Of a stretch of DNA of 60,888 bases, positions 39,421-48,745 are shown in pieces (the stretch's first letter is position 1; every line of letters starts with the position of its first letter). Below the pieces are notes generated by a model. That model ran no database searches. It saw only the letters and a program-made list of their open reading frames with translations, and was not told the origin of the DNA. Origin of the DNA: a virus (lineage: Duplodnaviria > Caudoviricetes). Made by a program: the position numbers and the translations under genes. The DNA is taken from positions 1-60,888 of the IMG/VR virus record IMGVR_UViG_3300012683_000002. The stretch is one strand, 5' to 3'.

Positions 39421-40343
39421 CCTCCGCAGAACTGTTAACCGCCTTCGATAGAGATCCCCGAGCGGCTTACTGGTTGCAACACTGGGAAAAACAGAAAATA
39501 GCTCCCAGCGATGTTTTACGGCGCGCCGTGAGTGCTGGTTTGCTCAGCAAGGAAGACGATCCCGGCCAAGAGGCTGGCGACACGGTTTTCACCCTTGCCA
39601 CGGATCGCGGACTGGATACGAAGCAATTCGAGGTCTACGCGCAAGCCCTGCATTTGGCTTCTTTAGCCGATTTGATTGTGACCGTAATCCGCGCTGAGGG
39701 GCCGCCGTGGGGCCGTCCAGAAGACGGGACAGCCAATGGCTTGCCTTGGGTGTCAAGTTGCTTCCTGGAGCCTTCCGGCGTGCGACTGCGGCGTATTGTC
39801 ATCGTCAGTCAATGGTCGGTAGACCGGAGGCTGTCGGAATCCCACAGTTGGTATTCGCTAGGGGAAATCTGCGCTTATTCCATGCCCATGACAGAGACGA
39901 TAATCGTGGTTGGCCAGAACCGAGATGGTAAACATCATTCCCCGTGGTCGAAGGGATGGCTTAGAACTCGCTTCAAGACTCTGCGGGTTCGGAAACGTTC
40001 GGGTGAGGGATTCGATAGCGACTGGATACCAATATGGCGGGAAGAACGAGACGAAATCAGCCGCGACAAGTGGATGGATGTCATGCGCGACGATGGCGTG
40101 TTTCCCGACTTGATGTTCGATGTGGAAGTGCCGCTGCCGTGCGCTGACATCGCGAATAAGATTAGACGGCTGATAGAAAAGCGGTTGACTACGCTTCACA
40201 AGATGAAGGAAGCGCCTTCGCCATCAATATCGCAATGCGACTGGCCTGTACCTTGTGCCTTCCGAGAGGCGTGCTGGAGTTTCACGGAGCCGAGCGAACG
40301 TAACGGTTTTATCCCCGTCACGCAAATCCACCTTCCCGCTTAA
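39417..40343 (+). CDS. Hypothetical protein with Cas4/PD-(D/E)XK-like C-terminal Cys cluster
   Basis: C-terminal QCDWPVPCAFREAC; catalytic motif not clearly visible. Confidence 0.4.
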   Translation: MTSAELLTAFDRDPRAAYWLQHWEKQKIAPSDVLRRAVSAGLLSKEDDPGQEAGDTVFTLATDRGLDTKQFEVYAQALHLASLADLIVTVIRAEGPPWGRPEDGTANGLPWVSSCFLEPSGVRLRRIVIVSQWSVDRRLSESHSWYSLGEICAYSMPMTETIIVVGQNRDGKHHSPWSKGWLRTRFKTLRVRKRSGEGFDSDWIPIWREERDEISRDKWMDVMRDDGVFPDLMFDVEVPLPCADIANKIRRLIEKRLTTLHKMKEAPSPSISQCDWPVPCAFREACWSFTEPSERNGFIPVTQIHLPA

Positions 40344-40683
40344 TTTCTTGCGCCACGTTCCCAGTTGTCGGCTTCGGCTTTGATTCCCTTGGAGCCGGGA
40401 TGCTACCGATCCCGGATAAATCCTTGGCGGGTTCGAGGCCGGGAACAAGTTGCGGCACATCACCCTCAAAGACTTTCGGATCGACGTCAGTCCAAGTTTG
40501 TTGAGCGGCTTTCGGCTTCTCCCCACACAACACTTGCAGCGCGGCTACCGCTCGTTCCAGTTCTGGAATCTTCTGGCTGAGAGTTTGAACCGCTTTCTGC
40601 GCTTTGGCCAGATCAGCTCGGGCTTTATCGAGCGCCTGTTGGTTGGCTTGGAGGGCAACGGCGTTCTTAGATTGTTTTGCCAT
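40318..40683 (-). CDS. Coiled-coil hypothetical protein
   Basis: RBS AGGGAG; MAKQSKNAVALQANQQALDKARADLAKAQK heptads. Confidence 0.6.
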   Translation of the reverse strand: MAKQSKNAVALQANQQALDKARADLAKAQKAVQTLSQKIPELERAVAALQVLCGEKPKAAQQTWTDVDPKVFEGDVPQLVPGLEPAKDLSGIGSIPAPRESKPKPTTGNVAQEIKREGGFA

Positions 40684-41143
40684 ATCTCCCTGCGATGATA
40701 GCCAAGCCGGTTCCCAACAGCCACAGTGTGCTCGGCTCTGGACTCTCGCTGATGACGACATGACCTCCGCGCGTCGTCTTATTCACTAAGTCTACTGACT
40801 CGTAAAACGTAGCGTGGTAGACGTGAAAGACGCCAGTCGGCCAGCGCAGTTGCCCGACAAACTGGGCTTGGAGCAACCCTGTATTCGTGTTGAAATAAAT
40901 CCGCGACAAGGTGCCTTCAAGGGAATACTGCGCGGTCGTTACTTCGAGCGATCCCGATGCGTTGATGCCAATGCCAGTTTGAAACAGCCATCCTGAGCCG
41001 GAGCCGCTCAATATTGAACCTCCGATTCCTTGGGCGTAAACGACAGTACCGCCAGCATCGTTGGTTGTGATGTAGTTTCCGAACGGGATGGGATTGGCCC
41101 ACAGTGAAGTTGCAAGAACGATTAGAAGCGCCAAGTGTTTCAT
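40667..41143 (-). CDS. PEP-CTERM sorting-domain protein (secreted)
   Basis: Signal MKHLALLIVLATSLWA|NPI; C-terminal SPEPSTLWLLGTGLAIIAGRYGK; RBS GGAGG. Confidence 0.9.
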   Translation of the reverse strand: MKHLALLIVLATSLWANPIPFGNYITTNDAGGTVVYAQGIGGSILSGSGSGWLFQTGIGINASGSLEVTTAQYSLEGTLSRIYFNTNTGLLQAQFVGQLRWPTGVFHVYHATFYESVDLVNKTTRGGHVVISESPEPSTLWLLGTGLAIIAGRYGKTI

Positions 41144-41166
41144 AGAGCCTCCGTGTTACCTTTTGC

Positions 41167-41242
41167 ACGGTAAAACAGAAACGAATAATCTGTCAAGCAC
41201 ATAATATAACACTTGACTACAAGTGTCCACATCCTCTACAGT
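41167..41242. promoter_or_regulatory. Back-to-back sigma70-like promoters
   Basis: + strand TTGACT(41213)-18-TACAGT, 8 nt before the RHH ATG; - strand TTGACA(41196)-18-TACCGT toward the PEP-CTERM gene. Confidence 0.65.
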
Positions 41243-41250
41243 GCATCGGT

Positions 41251-41406
41251 ATGGCAAAACAGCAAACGACTGTGGTTCCTGTTCGCCTCGACAAGAGCCT
41301 TTTGAAGCGACTGAAAAGTCAGGCAGAATATGAATATAGAACCGTTGCCAGTCTCATTCGACTAGCCGTAAGCCAGTACGTTGAGAAGAAACGAGAGAAA
41401 CCATGA
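41251..41406 (+). CDS. Ribbon-helix-helix (CopG/Arc-like) regulator, 51 aa (not in ORF track)
   Basis: MAKQQTTVVPVRLDKSLLKRLKSQAEYEYRTVASLIRLAVSQY; ATGA overlap with the recombinase gene. Confidence 0.8.
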   Translation: MAKQQTTVVPVRLDKSLLKRLKSQAEYEYRTVASLIRLAVSQYVEKKREKP

Positions 41407-42362
41407 GTAGCGTCCCGCAACCGCAAGCCATGCAGAAAGTAGAAACCAGTCCGCTCATCTCGAAACTCGCTGACCGTTACGGGATGACGCCGAAGACCAT
41501 GATTGACACGATCATTGCGACCGTATTTCCGAACGCCAAGGCGTCCATCCCGCAGCTCATGATGTTTATGCAGGTAGCGGAGCAGTACAACCTCAATCCG
41601 TTCACGAAAGAGATCTACGCTTTCCCGTCCAAGGGCGGCATCGTTCCTATCGTCCCAGTTGATGGCTGGACGAACATCATCAATAGCCACCCGCAATACG
41701 ATGGAGTCGAGTTCATTGACGCTATCGGCCAGGACGGAAGGATTATTTCCGTGACTTGCATCATCTACCGGAAAGATCGGAACCACCCGACGCAGGTGAC
41801 AGAGTATTTGGATGAATGCAACCGCGCGACGGAGCCGTGGGCTCGCTGGCCGAAGCGGATGCTACGACACAAAGCGCTCATACAATGTGCGCGTGTCGCA
41901 TTTTCGCTCGCAGGAATATACGAGCAAGACGAAGCGGAGCGGATTCTGGAAGCGGAAGCGGCGCGGACTGAGATCATACGGCCTACGCCAATTGCCGTGG
42001 CGACGGTTGACCACCAATCTAACGCCGAACCCGAGCCGGAAGCGAAAACTGAAGCGCACGGGCCTTGGTCGAAATCGCCGCTGCCAGAAGTGGAGGAGCC
42101 TTTGGAATCTCACGGTTTGCCGGGAGTGTTTGACGAGGACGCAAAGCCGCAACCGGCTGGGCCGTTCGTTGAGAAATTCAACAAGATCTTCGTGATCGCG
42201 GCGGGAGCTGGAATAAAAGTTAATAAGGGATCGCACGACGATGAACTCCACAAATATTTGAAGACGAAGTGGGGAATCGAATCCGTCAAACAGATTCCGG
42301 TATCACTTTGGGATCGGGTGCTGGAGGACGTAGGGAAATCCCTCGCCGTGAAACAACCATGA
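41403..42362 (+). CDS. bet: RecT/Bet-family single-strand annealing protein
   Basis: FMQVAEQYNLNPFTKEIYAFP...IVPVDGW...PWARWPKRMLRHKALIQCARVAF..AGIY..DEAERI. Confidence 0.92.
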   Translation: MSSVPQPQAMQKVETSPLISKLADRYGMTPKTMIDTIIATVFPNAKASIPQLMMFMQVAEQYNLNPFTKEIYAFPSKGGIVPIVPVDGWTNIINSHPQYDGVEFIDAIGQDGRIISVTCIIYRKDRNHPTQVTEYLDECNRATEPWARWPKRMLRHKALIQCARVAFSLAGIYEQDEAERILEAEAARTEIIRPTPIAVATVDHQSNAEPEPEAKTEAHGPWSKSPLPEVEEPLESHGLPGVFDEDAKPQPAGPFVEKFNKIFVIAAGAGIKVNKGSHDDELHKYLKTKWGIESVKQIPVSLWDRVLEDVGKSLAVKQP

Positions 42363-43009
42363 CCGCGACTGCGCTTGATGGTTGGAAGTTCGACGAACCT
42401 ACGCACTCGTTTACGGATGCGAATGGCAGTCCGATTCCGAGCTTGACACAGATTTTGGATGGCGTCGGCATCTCCGACTACTCCTCCGTTCCAATACATC
42501 GCTTGGAATTCAAGCAACACATCGGCGATGCGGTTCACTACGCGGCTCGCTACATGGACGAGGGGCGACTGGATTATGCAACCGTGCAGCCGATATGGGC
42601 AAATTATTTAGCGGCGTGGCAATCGTTTCAGGACGACACGGGATTTGTAGCCGAAGGCATTGAGGTTCCCGGAGTCTACAGTTACATGAATATGCGGTTC
42701 GCGTGCATCTGGGATCGCTTGGGCAGGTTCCCCGGCTTTAAGCATCGCGCGTTAGTGGAACTGAAGTGCGCTTGGGGGGAGGAGCCGTCGTGGGCAATTC
42801 AGTTGGCCGGCCAAGAACTAACGATCCCGAAGACGGAGGATGAATTCATCGCGCGGATCGCCGTGCAGTTAAAACCGGATGCGACGTACCGGGTGTGGCC
42901 GGATCTGAATGGCTACCAAGATCCAAATGATCGTAAGGTGTTTTTGTGGAGCCTTTGCGTCACTAATTTTAAGATCGCCAAGAAGATCGCATGGAGAAGA
43001 GAGAAATGA
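42359..43009 (+). CDS. PD-(D/E)XK phage exonuclease-like protein
   Basis: FDEPTHSF...PSLTQIL...G.AVH...E...WDR...VELK...QLAG; adjacent to Bet. Confidence 0.75.
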   Translation: MTATALDGWKFDEPTHSFTDANGSPIPSLTQILDGVGISDYSSVPIHRLEFKQHIGDAVHYAARYMDEGRLDYATVQPIWANYLAAWQSFQDDTGFVAEGIEVPGVYSYMNMRFACIWDRLGRFPGFKHRALVELKCAWGEEPSWAIQLAGQELTIPKTEDEFIARIAVQLKPDATYRVWPDLNGYQDPNDRKVFLWSLCVTNFKIAKKIAWRREK

Positions 43010-43713
43010 ACGCACAAGCCGAATTATTAACCGATCCCGCAGAGCAGACGATTGAAACCGAATGCCAAGCGCTCGTCGTTGCCTTGGACAACTCAATCGT
43101 TAAAATCACCGACGATTCTAGCTACCAAGCCGTCTGCCAAAGGCTGAAAAACGCCTCAGCCAACATTAAGGTTATCGAGTCCTACCTGAAACCGTTGAAA
43201 GAACAGCGTTACGCGGCTTGGAAGCGGCTGACGACGCTCGAAGCGAAGCTGACTGGCCCTTTACAGGACATCAAGACGCGGGACAGCCGCTTAGTCGGCG
43301 CGTACCAACTTGAGCAACAGAGGAAAGCGCAAGAGGAACAACGGAAGGCTCAACTCGCCGCAGAAGAGGCCGCTGCCGCTGCACGGGTGGCCCAGGCTGA
43401 GCAGTTAGCCACCGAGGGGAGGGTAGCAGAGGGTCTCGCACTCCTAGACGGCCCAGAAGCGATTCCAGAAGCCGTGTACATTGCTCCTACTACCCCAAAG
43501 GTGCAGGGTGTTTCGGCTCCCCGGCTGACGTATGCCGTTGAAGTTTACAGCCTGACGGAGCTGGTTAAGGCGGTCGCGGATGGGAGAGCGCCGCTTGGTG
43601 TTTTGGAGGCCAATCAGTCGGCTTTGAATAAGATGGCATCGGCTTTGAAGACTGGTTTTGCGATGCCGGGATGCAAACTGACGACTACGGCGAGCAGTTC
43701 GACGCGGACGTAG
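43006..43713 (+). CDS. Coiled-coil recombination-module protein
   Basis: Long coiled coil, then PKVQGVS...PGC C-terminus seen in phage recombination modules. Confidence 0.6.
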   Translation: MNAQAELLTDPAEQTIETECQALVVALDNSIVKITDDSSYQAVCQRLKNASANIKVIESYLKPLKEQRYAAWKRLTTLEAKLTGPLQDIKTRDSRLVGAYQLEQQRKAQEEQRKAQLAAEEAAAAARVAQAEQLATEGRVAEGLALLDGPEAIPEAVYIAPTTPKVQGVSAPRLTYAVEVYSLTELVKAVADGRAPLGVLEANQSALNKMASALKTGFAMPGCKLTTTASSSTRT

Positions 43714-43761
43714 CACCAAAGTGGTACATAGTTTTCCTCACCATTTCCACAGATTTTGTGT

Positions 43762-43791
43762 TTGACACGTCTTCGTCGTTTGGCGTACTGT
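43762..43791 (+). promoter_or_regulatory. Sigma70-like promoter
   Basis: TTGACA(43762-43767)-18-TACTGT(43786-43791). Confidence 0.65.
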
Positions 43792-43797
43792 GCTTCC

Positions 43798-44365
43798 TGA
43801 TTCACACAATTAAATAGCAGCCCTTCCCTAAGTTGGGCGTGACTCTCAGGACCGGACTCAGCCCCGGTCTTGGGAGTCGGTAAGGCTGAGGTAAGTGGCA
43901 ATCATAATCAACTCGGGATTTTTACAGTCATGGAGGAGTCCACTACGAAACCGTAGTGGGCTTTTATATTGTGTAAAAAGAAGCCGCGCGGGAAGCGCGG
44001 CGATGGACAGCTACCGGAAAGTAGCTGAGATTCTAACCCATCGCTTCGTCCCACGCAAGAGACCTACGTCTATTTTTCAGCAAACATATTTGTTGACGGT
44101 TGGTTCCAGGGACTCCTTGCGTCCGAAAAAAAACGGCCCTGAAAAAGAAACTCTACCTGTTAGGTCACAGGAAAGACCAGAACAAGCGTTCAAATCCGGG
44201 CTCCGGGCCAGTAGTTTGATCTGGCATGGCACATACGTCCCGGTCCCATTGGATTGAGGTTTTACAGACCTCTAACTCATAGGACGCCTTCCTGTCTAAG
44301 AGAGTATTGGAATAGACGGAGCGACGAAGACAATTCCCTAAAATCCAAAGGGAATGTGCCGTATT
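43798..44365 (+). ncRNA. Candidate large structured RNA or leader with H-type pseudoknot
   Basis: 15-bp stem 43841-43855/43864-43878; its loop CTCAGCC pairs with GGCTGAG at 43884-43890; many further hairpins and long-range complements; no convincing CDS. Confidence 0.55.
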
Positions 44366-44374
44366 GGATACATT

Positions 44375-44860
44375 ATGACTTTTACCTTAACTCCTCCGGA
44401 ATACAAAGACATCCGATTCCTACTCTTCAAGTCGTACATATTCCGCATGTTCCATTGGAAGTGGCAATGTGAACCGCGTTGGGGTCCGATGGAAGCGAAA
44501 CAGTTAAAGTCGCTTCTCATTGAGAACCCAAAACTGACGGAGCGGGAGTTTGCCTTGGGACTAAAGAATATTGCGGAGTCGGACGACATCCCAGATCGGC
44601 AACGGCCTGGGTACTGGCTCCCAAAACTCGATAGCTACATCGTTCACAACCACAACGTGTACGGAAGGAACCCAGATGCGAAAACGGGAGAAACGTTCGC
44701 TGAACGAGACGCAAACAGTACTCGTGCGGCCGCTGGAAGAGTCCTCGCTAATCTTGAACGCAATGGTCAAAATGGCGTTGCGCTTACACAAGCCAATGAG
44801 CGAAGACTTCCAAAATCAACTACTTTCCGACCTCGGGCCTTACCCAGTGCCGGCGATTGA
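44375..44860 (+). CDS. Replication initiator C-terminal-like protein
   Basis: W...EAKQLKSLL...P helical pattern like phage replisome-organiser C-termini; position in the replication block. Confidence 0.4.
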   Translation: MTFTLTPPEYKDIRFLLFKSYIFRMFHWKWQCEPRWGPMEAKQLKSLLIENPKLTEREFALGLKNIAESDDIPDRQRPGYWLPKLDSYIVHNHNVYGRNPDAKTGETFAERDANSTRAAAGRVLANLERNGQNGVALTQANERRLPKSTTFRPRALPSAGD

Positions 44861-45170
44861 GTGGGCGCTGGATTCGTGGGGCCGGAATGCGAAGGTGCTC
44901 CCAACACTTTCCGACCTGCTCGGATTGCTGCGGACGTGGTACAGCGATACTGTCAGTGAGGTTTGTGAATGCGAGCACCTGCACGGACGAGGTTACGGAT
45001 TAGAAGATGTGAAGTGGCTCATGGAACTCCGCCTAGCGAAAACGGTTCCCGGCGAGAAGTGGTCGCTATCGCAATGGGAAGAACTATTCGACGAATTAGA
45101 TGAGCGCCGCCAGGGCGGTCCCCCGGCATGGCGCAAGACGTACGAGGGAAGGCAGTTCTTGCGGATATGA
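44676..45170 (+). CDS. Helicase loader/inhibitor-like protein (lambda P or G39P-like)
   Basis: L.PYP..AIEWAL..W.R....LPTLSDL; overlaps the initiator-like gene. Confidence 0.45.
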   Translation: MRKREKRSLNETQTVLVRPLEESSLILNAMVKMALRLHKPMSEDFQNQLLSDLGPYPVPAIEWALDSWGRNAKVLPTLSDLLGLLRTWYSDTVSEVCECEHLHGRGYGLEDVKWLMELRLAKTVPGEKWSLSQWEELFDELDERRQGGPPAWRKTYEGRQFLRI

Positions 45171-45300
45171 AGCGGGAAGACGATTGTACTCGCAAGCGCC
45201 GCTTTCGGCTCCGGCATGTCTTGATTCGTATTAAAGACCCGCTCGCACGTAAGGTGATGCAAAACGAGTTCACGCGGTCGATTGGGAGGAGAACGAAGAA

Positions 45301-45921
45301 ATGACTACCACCGCTCCAAATTTGGAGTCCCGCTACGAGATCCAGAACCTAGAAATCTTCCTCGCTTCCGAACCCGACCCAGAACAGCAATTCCTCGCCA
45401 TTGATTCCCAGGTACGCCGGATTGAACGTTTAGTTAACGACTGGCCGGCATTGGCTCGGATGTGCAAAGCGGTCGATACCGGGAAACTGTGGAAGCATGG
45501 CCGCTACAAATCCTTTACCAATTGGCTGCAAAACGCAGCTCCAAAGTGTGAGTCGTCGATCAGAAGCTACATCGCGCAACTCTCAAACCTTGAAGGCGAT
45601 TTCACCGACGACGAAATGAAAGAGATGCCGCCCGAGTCTGCGAAGTTTTTAGCGGAGAGCGTGCCATCGCGGGAGCATCGCAAGAACCCAGCGGTGAAAG
45701 CCGCGAGCCGAAAGAAGAAAGCGGACTGCATCAAAGCGGTCCGCGAAGCGGTTCCAGAATTGCATTTAGAGGACATCGTGAACGTCACATTTACCGAAAG
45801 CCAGATTGCGGCAATAGATCGAGTGTGTGAGCACTATCGCGGGATGATGGGAGAACCTGAGTTATCTAGGACGATGTGCATTGAGGCGGTCATGGCCGAT
45901 TGGGAACTGGAATGCCAGTGA
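45301..45921 (+). CDS. Hypothetical protein
   Basis: RBS GGAGGAG; LWK.GRYKSF..W motif; no family assigned. Confidence 0.6.
   Translation: MTTTAPNLESRYEIQNLEIFLASEPDPEQQFLAIDSQVRRIERLVNDWPALARMCKAVDTGKLWKHGRYKSFTNWLQNAAPKCESSIRSYIAQLSNLEGDFTDDEMKEMPPESAKFLAESVPSREHRKNPAVKAASRKKKADCIKAVREAVPELHLEDIVNVTFTESQIAAIDRVCEHYRGMMGEPELSRTMCIEAVMADWELECQ
45314..45327. repeat. Perfect palindrome CTCCAAATTTGGAG (copy 1 of 4 perfect)
   Basis: Other perfect copies at 53547, 57007 and 57995; near copies at 1109, 16202, 20982 and 29419. Confidence 0.9.
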
Positions 45922-45966
45922 GAGAACCGCTGGTTTGGGAACCGATCTATCGACTGAATACCTGCG

Positions 45967-46251
45967 TTGAATGCGGACACTATCTCCATGAAAAAGAATG
46001 CAAAGCGGCAGACTGTAAATGTTCCGAAGGAGTGGGTCGAAGTTATCAACGACACCGTCAACCACCCTTCCCACTATCATGGTGCGGACGACCCATACGA
46101 AACCATCAAGGTAATCGAAGCGTGGCGATTGAATTTCAACCTCGGCAACGCGGTGAAATACATCTCCCGCTGCGACCTCAAAGGAAAACGGCTAGAGGAC
46201 TTAAAGAAAGCGGCGTGGTATCTGCAACGCGAGATTGAACAATGCCAGTAA
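45967..46251 (+). CDS. DUF3310 (SaV-like) protein
   Basis: VNHPSHY...ETIKVI...FNLGNAVKYI.R...K....EDLKKAAWYLQREI. Confidence 0.85.
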   Translation: MNADTISMKKNAKRQTVNVPKEWVEVINDTVNHPSHYHGADDPYETIKVIEAWRLNFNLGNAVKYISRCDLKGKRLEDLKKAAWYLQREIEQCQ

Positions 46252-46568
46252 CCGCCAAGCCGTCTCAGCATTACGACCTGATCTGCGACGACGCGGTACG
46301 CCGTTATCACGATGGCCGAGAAGTCTGTTGTTCAAGCGTAAAAGGCCGAGCGGAGTACGAACGCCGGATGTGGTTCATGTACGAACTACAAAAGAAACTG
46401 TGCTGCATTTGTTTTCACGAGATGCGTGATCCTGACTTTGTAACTTTCGAGCACGGGGCTGGACGCGGCATGAACGGATCGCATCGGGACGACCGAGTGG
46501 ACGTACCGGGCAACGGCGCCGCACATCTGTTCTGTAACAGCGAAAAAGGCTCGCGGAGGTTTTCGTGA
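46242..46568 (+). CDS. HNH-like nuclease
   Basis: Q...CCIC...TFEH...AAHLFCNSEKG. Confidence 0.7.
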   Translation: MPVTAKPSQHYDLICDDAVRRYHDGREVCCSSVKGRAEYERRMWFMYELQKKLCCICFHEMRDPDFVTFEHGAGRGMNGSHRDDRVDVPGNGAAHLFCNSEKGSRRFS

Positions 46569-47104
46569 CTATCCCAGAACTACTGCCCAGGGCGCAAGCC
46601 TTCCACATCAGAACCGCGTCGATTTACTCGTCGATGCGGAAACGGTTCCAGGAGAAACGGAATAAAAAGGGCCGCATCATGCGGATCGGCCGCGAGGTTC
46701 CGTTCACCTTGACCGACTTCCGGGCGTGGTTAATCGAGCAGTTGGGCGGAACAACGGAAGGAATGGCACGCTGCGCTTACAGCGGCGTCCCTGTGACCGC
46801 GCTCGACCTTCGGGTGGATCATGACATCCCCATCAGCAGGGGCGGCTCCTTGGGCCTAGAAAACTTGTGCGTGACGACCGACTCGGCAAACCGGGAAAAA
46901 GGTGGATTGACAGGTGAGGAGTACAGGAACCTACTTAGTAACCTCGAAGGACTATTGCAGCAGGGATTGCTGCACCCAGACGGTTTCAAGGACATTCGCA
47001 AGCGGTTGCGTGGGCAAACCGCCATCTTCCACAAGAAGAAAGCTAGCGCGATCCCTGTATACGGCGATGCAGAACTGTTGAAGGGTGAGAATATCCCGTT
47101 TTAG
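46565..47104 (+). CDS. HNH endonuclease
   Basis: CAYSG...VDHDIPISRGG....NL......NREKG. Confidence 0.85.
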   Translation: MTIPELLPRAQAFHIRTASIYSSMRKRFQEKRNKKGRIMRIGREVPFTLTDFRAWLIEQLGGTTEGMARCAYSGVPVTALDLRVDHDIPISRGGSLGLENLCVTTDSANREKGGLTGEEYRNLLSNLEGLLQQGLLHPDGFKDIRKRLRGQTAIFHKKKASAIPVYGDAELLKGENIPF

Positions 47105-47289
47105 CAATTACTGACGGAGATGTAGGTGATGGCTCCCAGTTCTGGAGTTGGATCGAGGACTCGAGCCAAACTCAGTAGGCTTCCTGCCGATCCACACGAA
47201 AGGCAGTGATCGCCTCGGCTATTCGACACAGCCGTGCAGTTCACGCACAAAGCGGCGCGGCTTAGCGGGATAATAACTGGCTCATCCAT
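47101..47289 (-). CDS. Small Zn-ribbon protein
   Basis: CVNC...CLSCGS; downstream of a 59-codon minus-strand ORF (47262..47441). Confidence 0.5.
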   Translation of the reverse strand: MDEPVIIPLSRAALCVNCTAVSNSRGDHCLSCGSAGSLLSLARVLDPTPELGAITYISVSNC

Positions 47290-47472
47290 CGCATCATCCT
47301 TTTCAGCCAAGCGAATTGTAGCGGTTGCGAATTGCTCAATCTCTTTTGCCGTGCTTTCGTGTGAAGATCCATTATGCGCGTGACGCGTTCGTTAATGTCT
47401 TCGCATGTGGGAGCGGAATATTTACTGTCTGTGGGTTCCATGGGCGGGATATTCTCACGAGCCGCGCGGTCA

Positions 47473-47514
47473 TGTCAATAACGATTGACAACAACCGTAC
47501 ACGTTTGGTAACGT
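47473..47514. promoter_or_regulatory. Back-to-back sigma70-like promoters
   Basis: + strand TTGACA(47485)-18-TAACGT, 8 nt before ATG 47523; - strand TTGACA at 47478-47473. Confidence 0.6.
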
Positions 47515-47522
47515 TTGTGGTC

Positions 47523-47681
47523 ATGGCACACACAGAACACACCGCGATACGTCTTGCTTCCGGGATCAGGCGTCATGTCGAAAAGCTCGCCGATAAGGAA
47601 CGCCGCTCGCTCTCGCAAATGTTGCGCATATTGATTGAAGAAGCGCTAGCGCGGCGGAATGGAAAAAGGTTGAGGGGATGA
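47523..47681 (+). CDS. Ribbon-helix-helix regulator
   Basis: MAHTEHTAIRL...VEKLADKERRSLSQMLRILIEEAL. Confidence 0.8.
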   Translation: MAHTEHTAIRLASGIRRHVEKLADKERRSLSQMLRILIEEALARRNGKRLRG

Positions 47682-48022
47682 CGGAGCGTGGGCGCGGCGT
47701 AAAGCAGGTCAAGTGCGATAACCCGGCCTGTGGAAAGCTATTTTATAAGCGGCTGTCGCAATGGCGGCTTGCGAAGCGGCATTTTTGCAGCCAGCCTTGC
47801 AAAACCGAAATTATCAATCGGCTCGTTCTCGATCCGTGTGGACGTTTCGCTGTCGGCCAAGAGGTGCAATTCGTACACCGTATGCGCGAATTCCCAGAAG
47901 AACAAACTGGCCTAGTCAATGGCTTTAGCCGGGATGGGAAACGAGTCTACATAATTCGCACCTGCAACTCTAGGGAACAGCCGTATCCGCGAGAATGGCT
48001 GAGGGAGATCGTCAATGGCTGA
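47678..48022 (+). CDS. Zn-finger hypothetical protein
   Basis: CDNPACGKLF...HFCSQPC. Confidence 0.6.
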   Translation: MTERGRGVKQVKCDNPACGKLFYKRLSQWRLAKRHFCSQPCKTEIINRLVLDPCGRFAVGQEVQFVHRMREFPEEQTGLVNGFSRDGKRVYIIRTCNSREQPYPREWLREIVNG

Positions 48023-48407
48023 GTCACTACGAGAGAGCCAAGATCAGACAATTTGTGAAACGTGCGCAGGTCAAGGGCTTGTTGCGCTGATTGAGCATAA
48101 TGCGATGGTGCGCTGCCCAGATTGCCGACCCGAAGACTTTGAGGAAGACTGCTACGAGTTAGGAATTGAGGTTGAGGATGAAGATTCTCTGTGAAATCGA
48201 CGTTAAGTTTGACGGGAAAGTGCCTCACATAAGGGAGCTTGACGAGGATGAAATCGAGGCCGCAATAGCAAGCGCCGTGTCAGGTTGCGAAGACTTTGTG
48301 AATGTCGCGAGCATAGAAGTCAAGAAAGTGTCGATCCTCCAGTTCTAGAGGAGAACCAATCATGAGCCCGAGTTACTCCGAAGCGACGACTAGGGGGAGA
48401 CGGTAAT

Positions 48408-48680
48408 ATGAAAATTTTCAGGATGAACGATTGCGATTGGATGGCGGCTGAAACTCTTGACGAGGCGAAAGCTGCATACTTAGGAACCGTCTGGGCAGGA
48501 ACGCACGAGCCGGAAAATGATGCGTTCGACGATCCAGGCGAGATTTCGGAGCAACAATACGACAAGCTACTATTCACCGATTTCGATAACCAAACTAAGT
48601 GCACATTCTAGGAACAGCTCCAAAAAATGCTTGATCGTGGTGAGAAATTTCCAGCATTCTTTGCAAGCACTGAGTATTGA
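48408..48680 (+). pseudogene. Small phage gene interrupted by an in-frame TAG at 48609-48611
   Basis: MKIFRMNDCDWMAAE...CTF*EQLQKMLDRGEKFPAFFASTEY*; the post-stop segment reads like a natural C-terminus. Confidence 0.5.
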
Positions 48681-48745
48681 TGCCATGAGCTATAGCGAGC
48701 GAGACGGTGCGGTGATCTTGACCATGAGCCGGGAAGGAGAATGCG

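Noticed and set aside
39417-40343. Cas4 indicating a CRISPR system
   Set aside because: Only a Cys cluster resembles Cas4-like nucleases; no cas genes or array accompany it.
44180-44210. tRNA or tmRNA 3' end (GTTCAAATCC...CCA)
   Set aside because: The flanks of the T-loop-like sequence do not form a 5-bp T-stem and no acceptor stem pairing was found.
43895-44472. ORFs 43895..44257 and 44254..44472 as proteins
   Set aside because: No clear RBS or motifs, and the region is better explained by dense RNA secondary structure.
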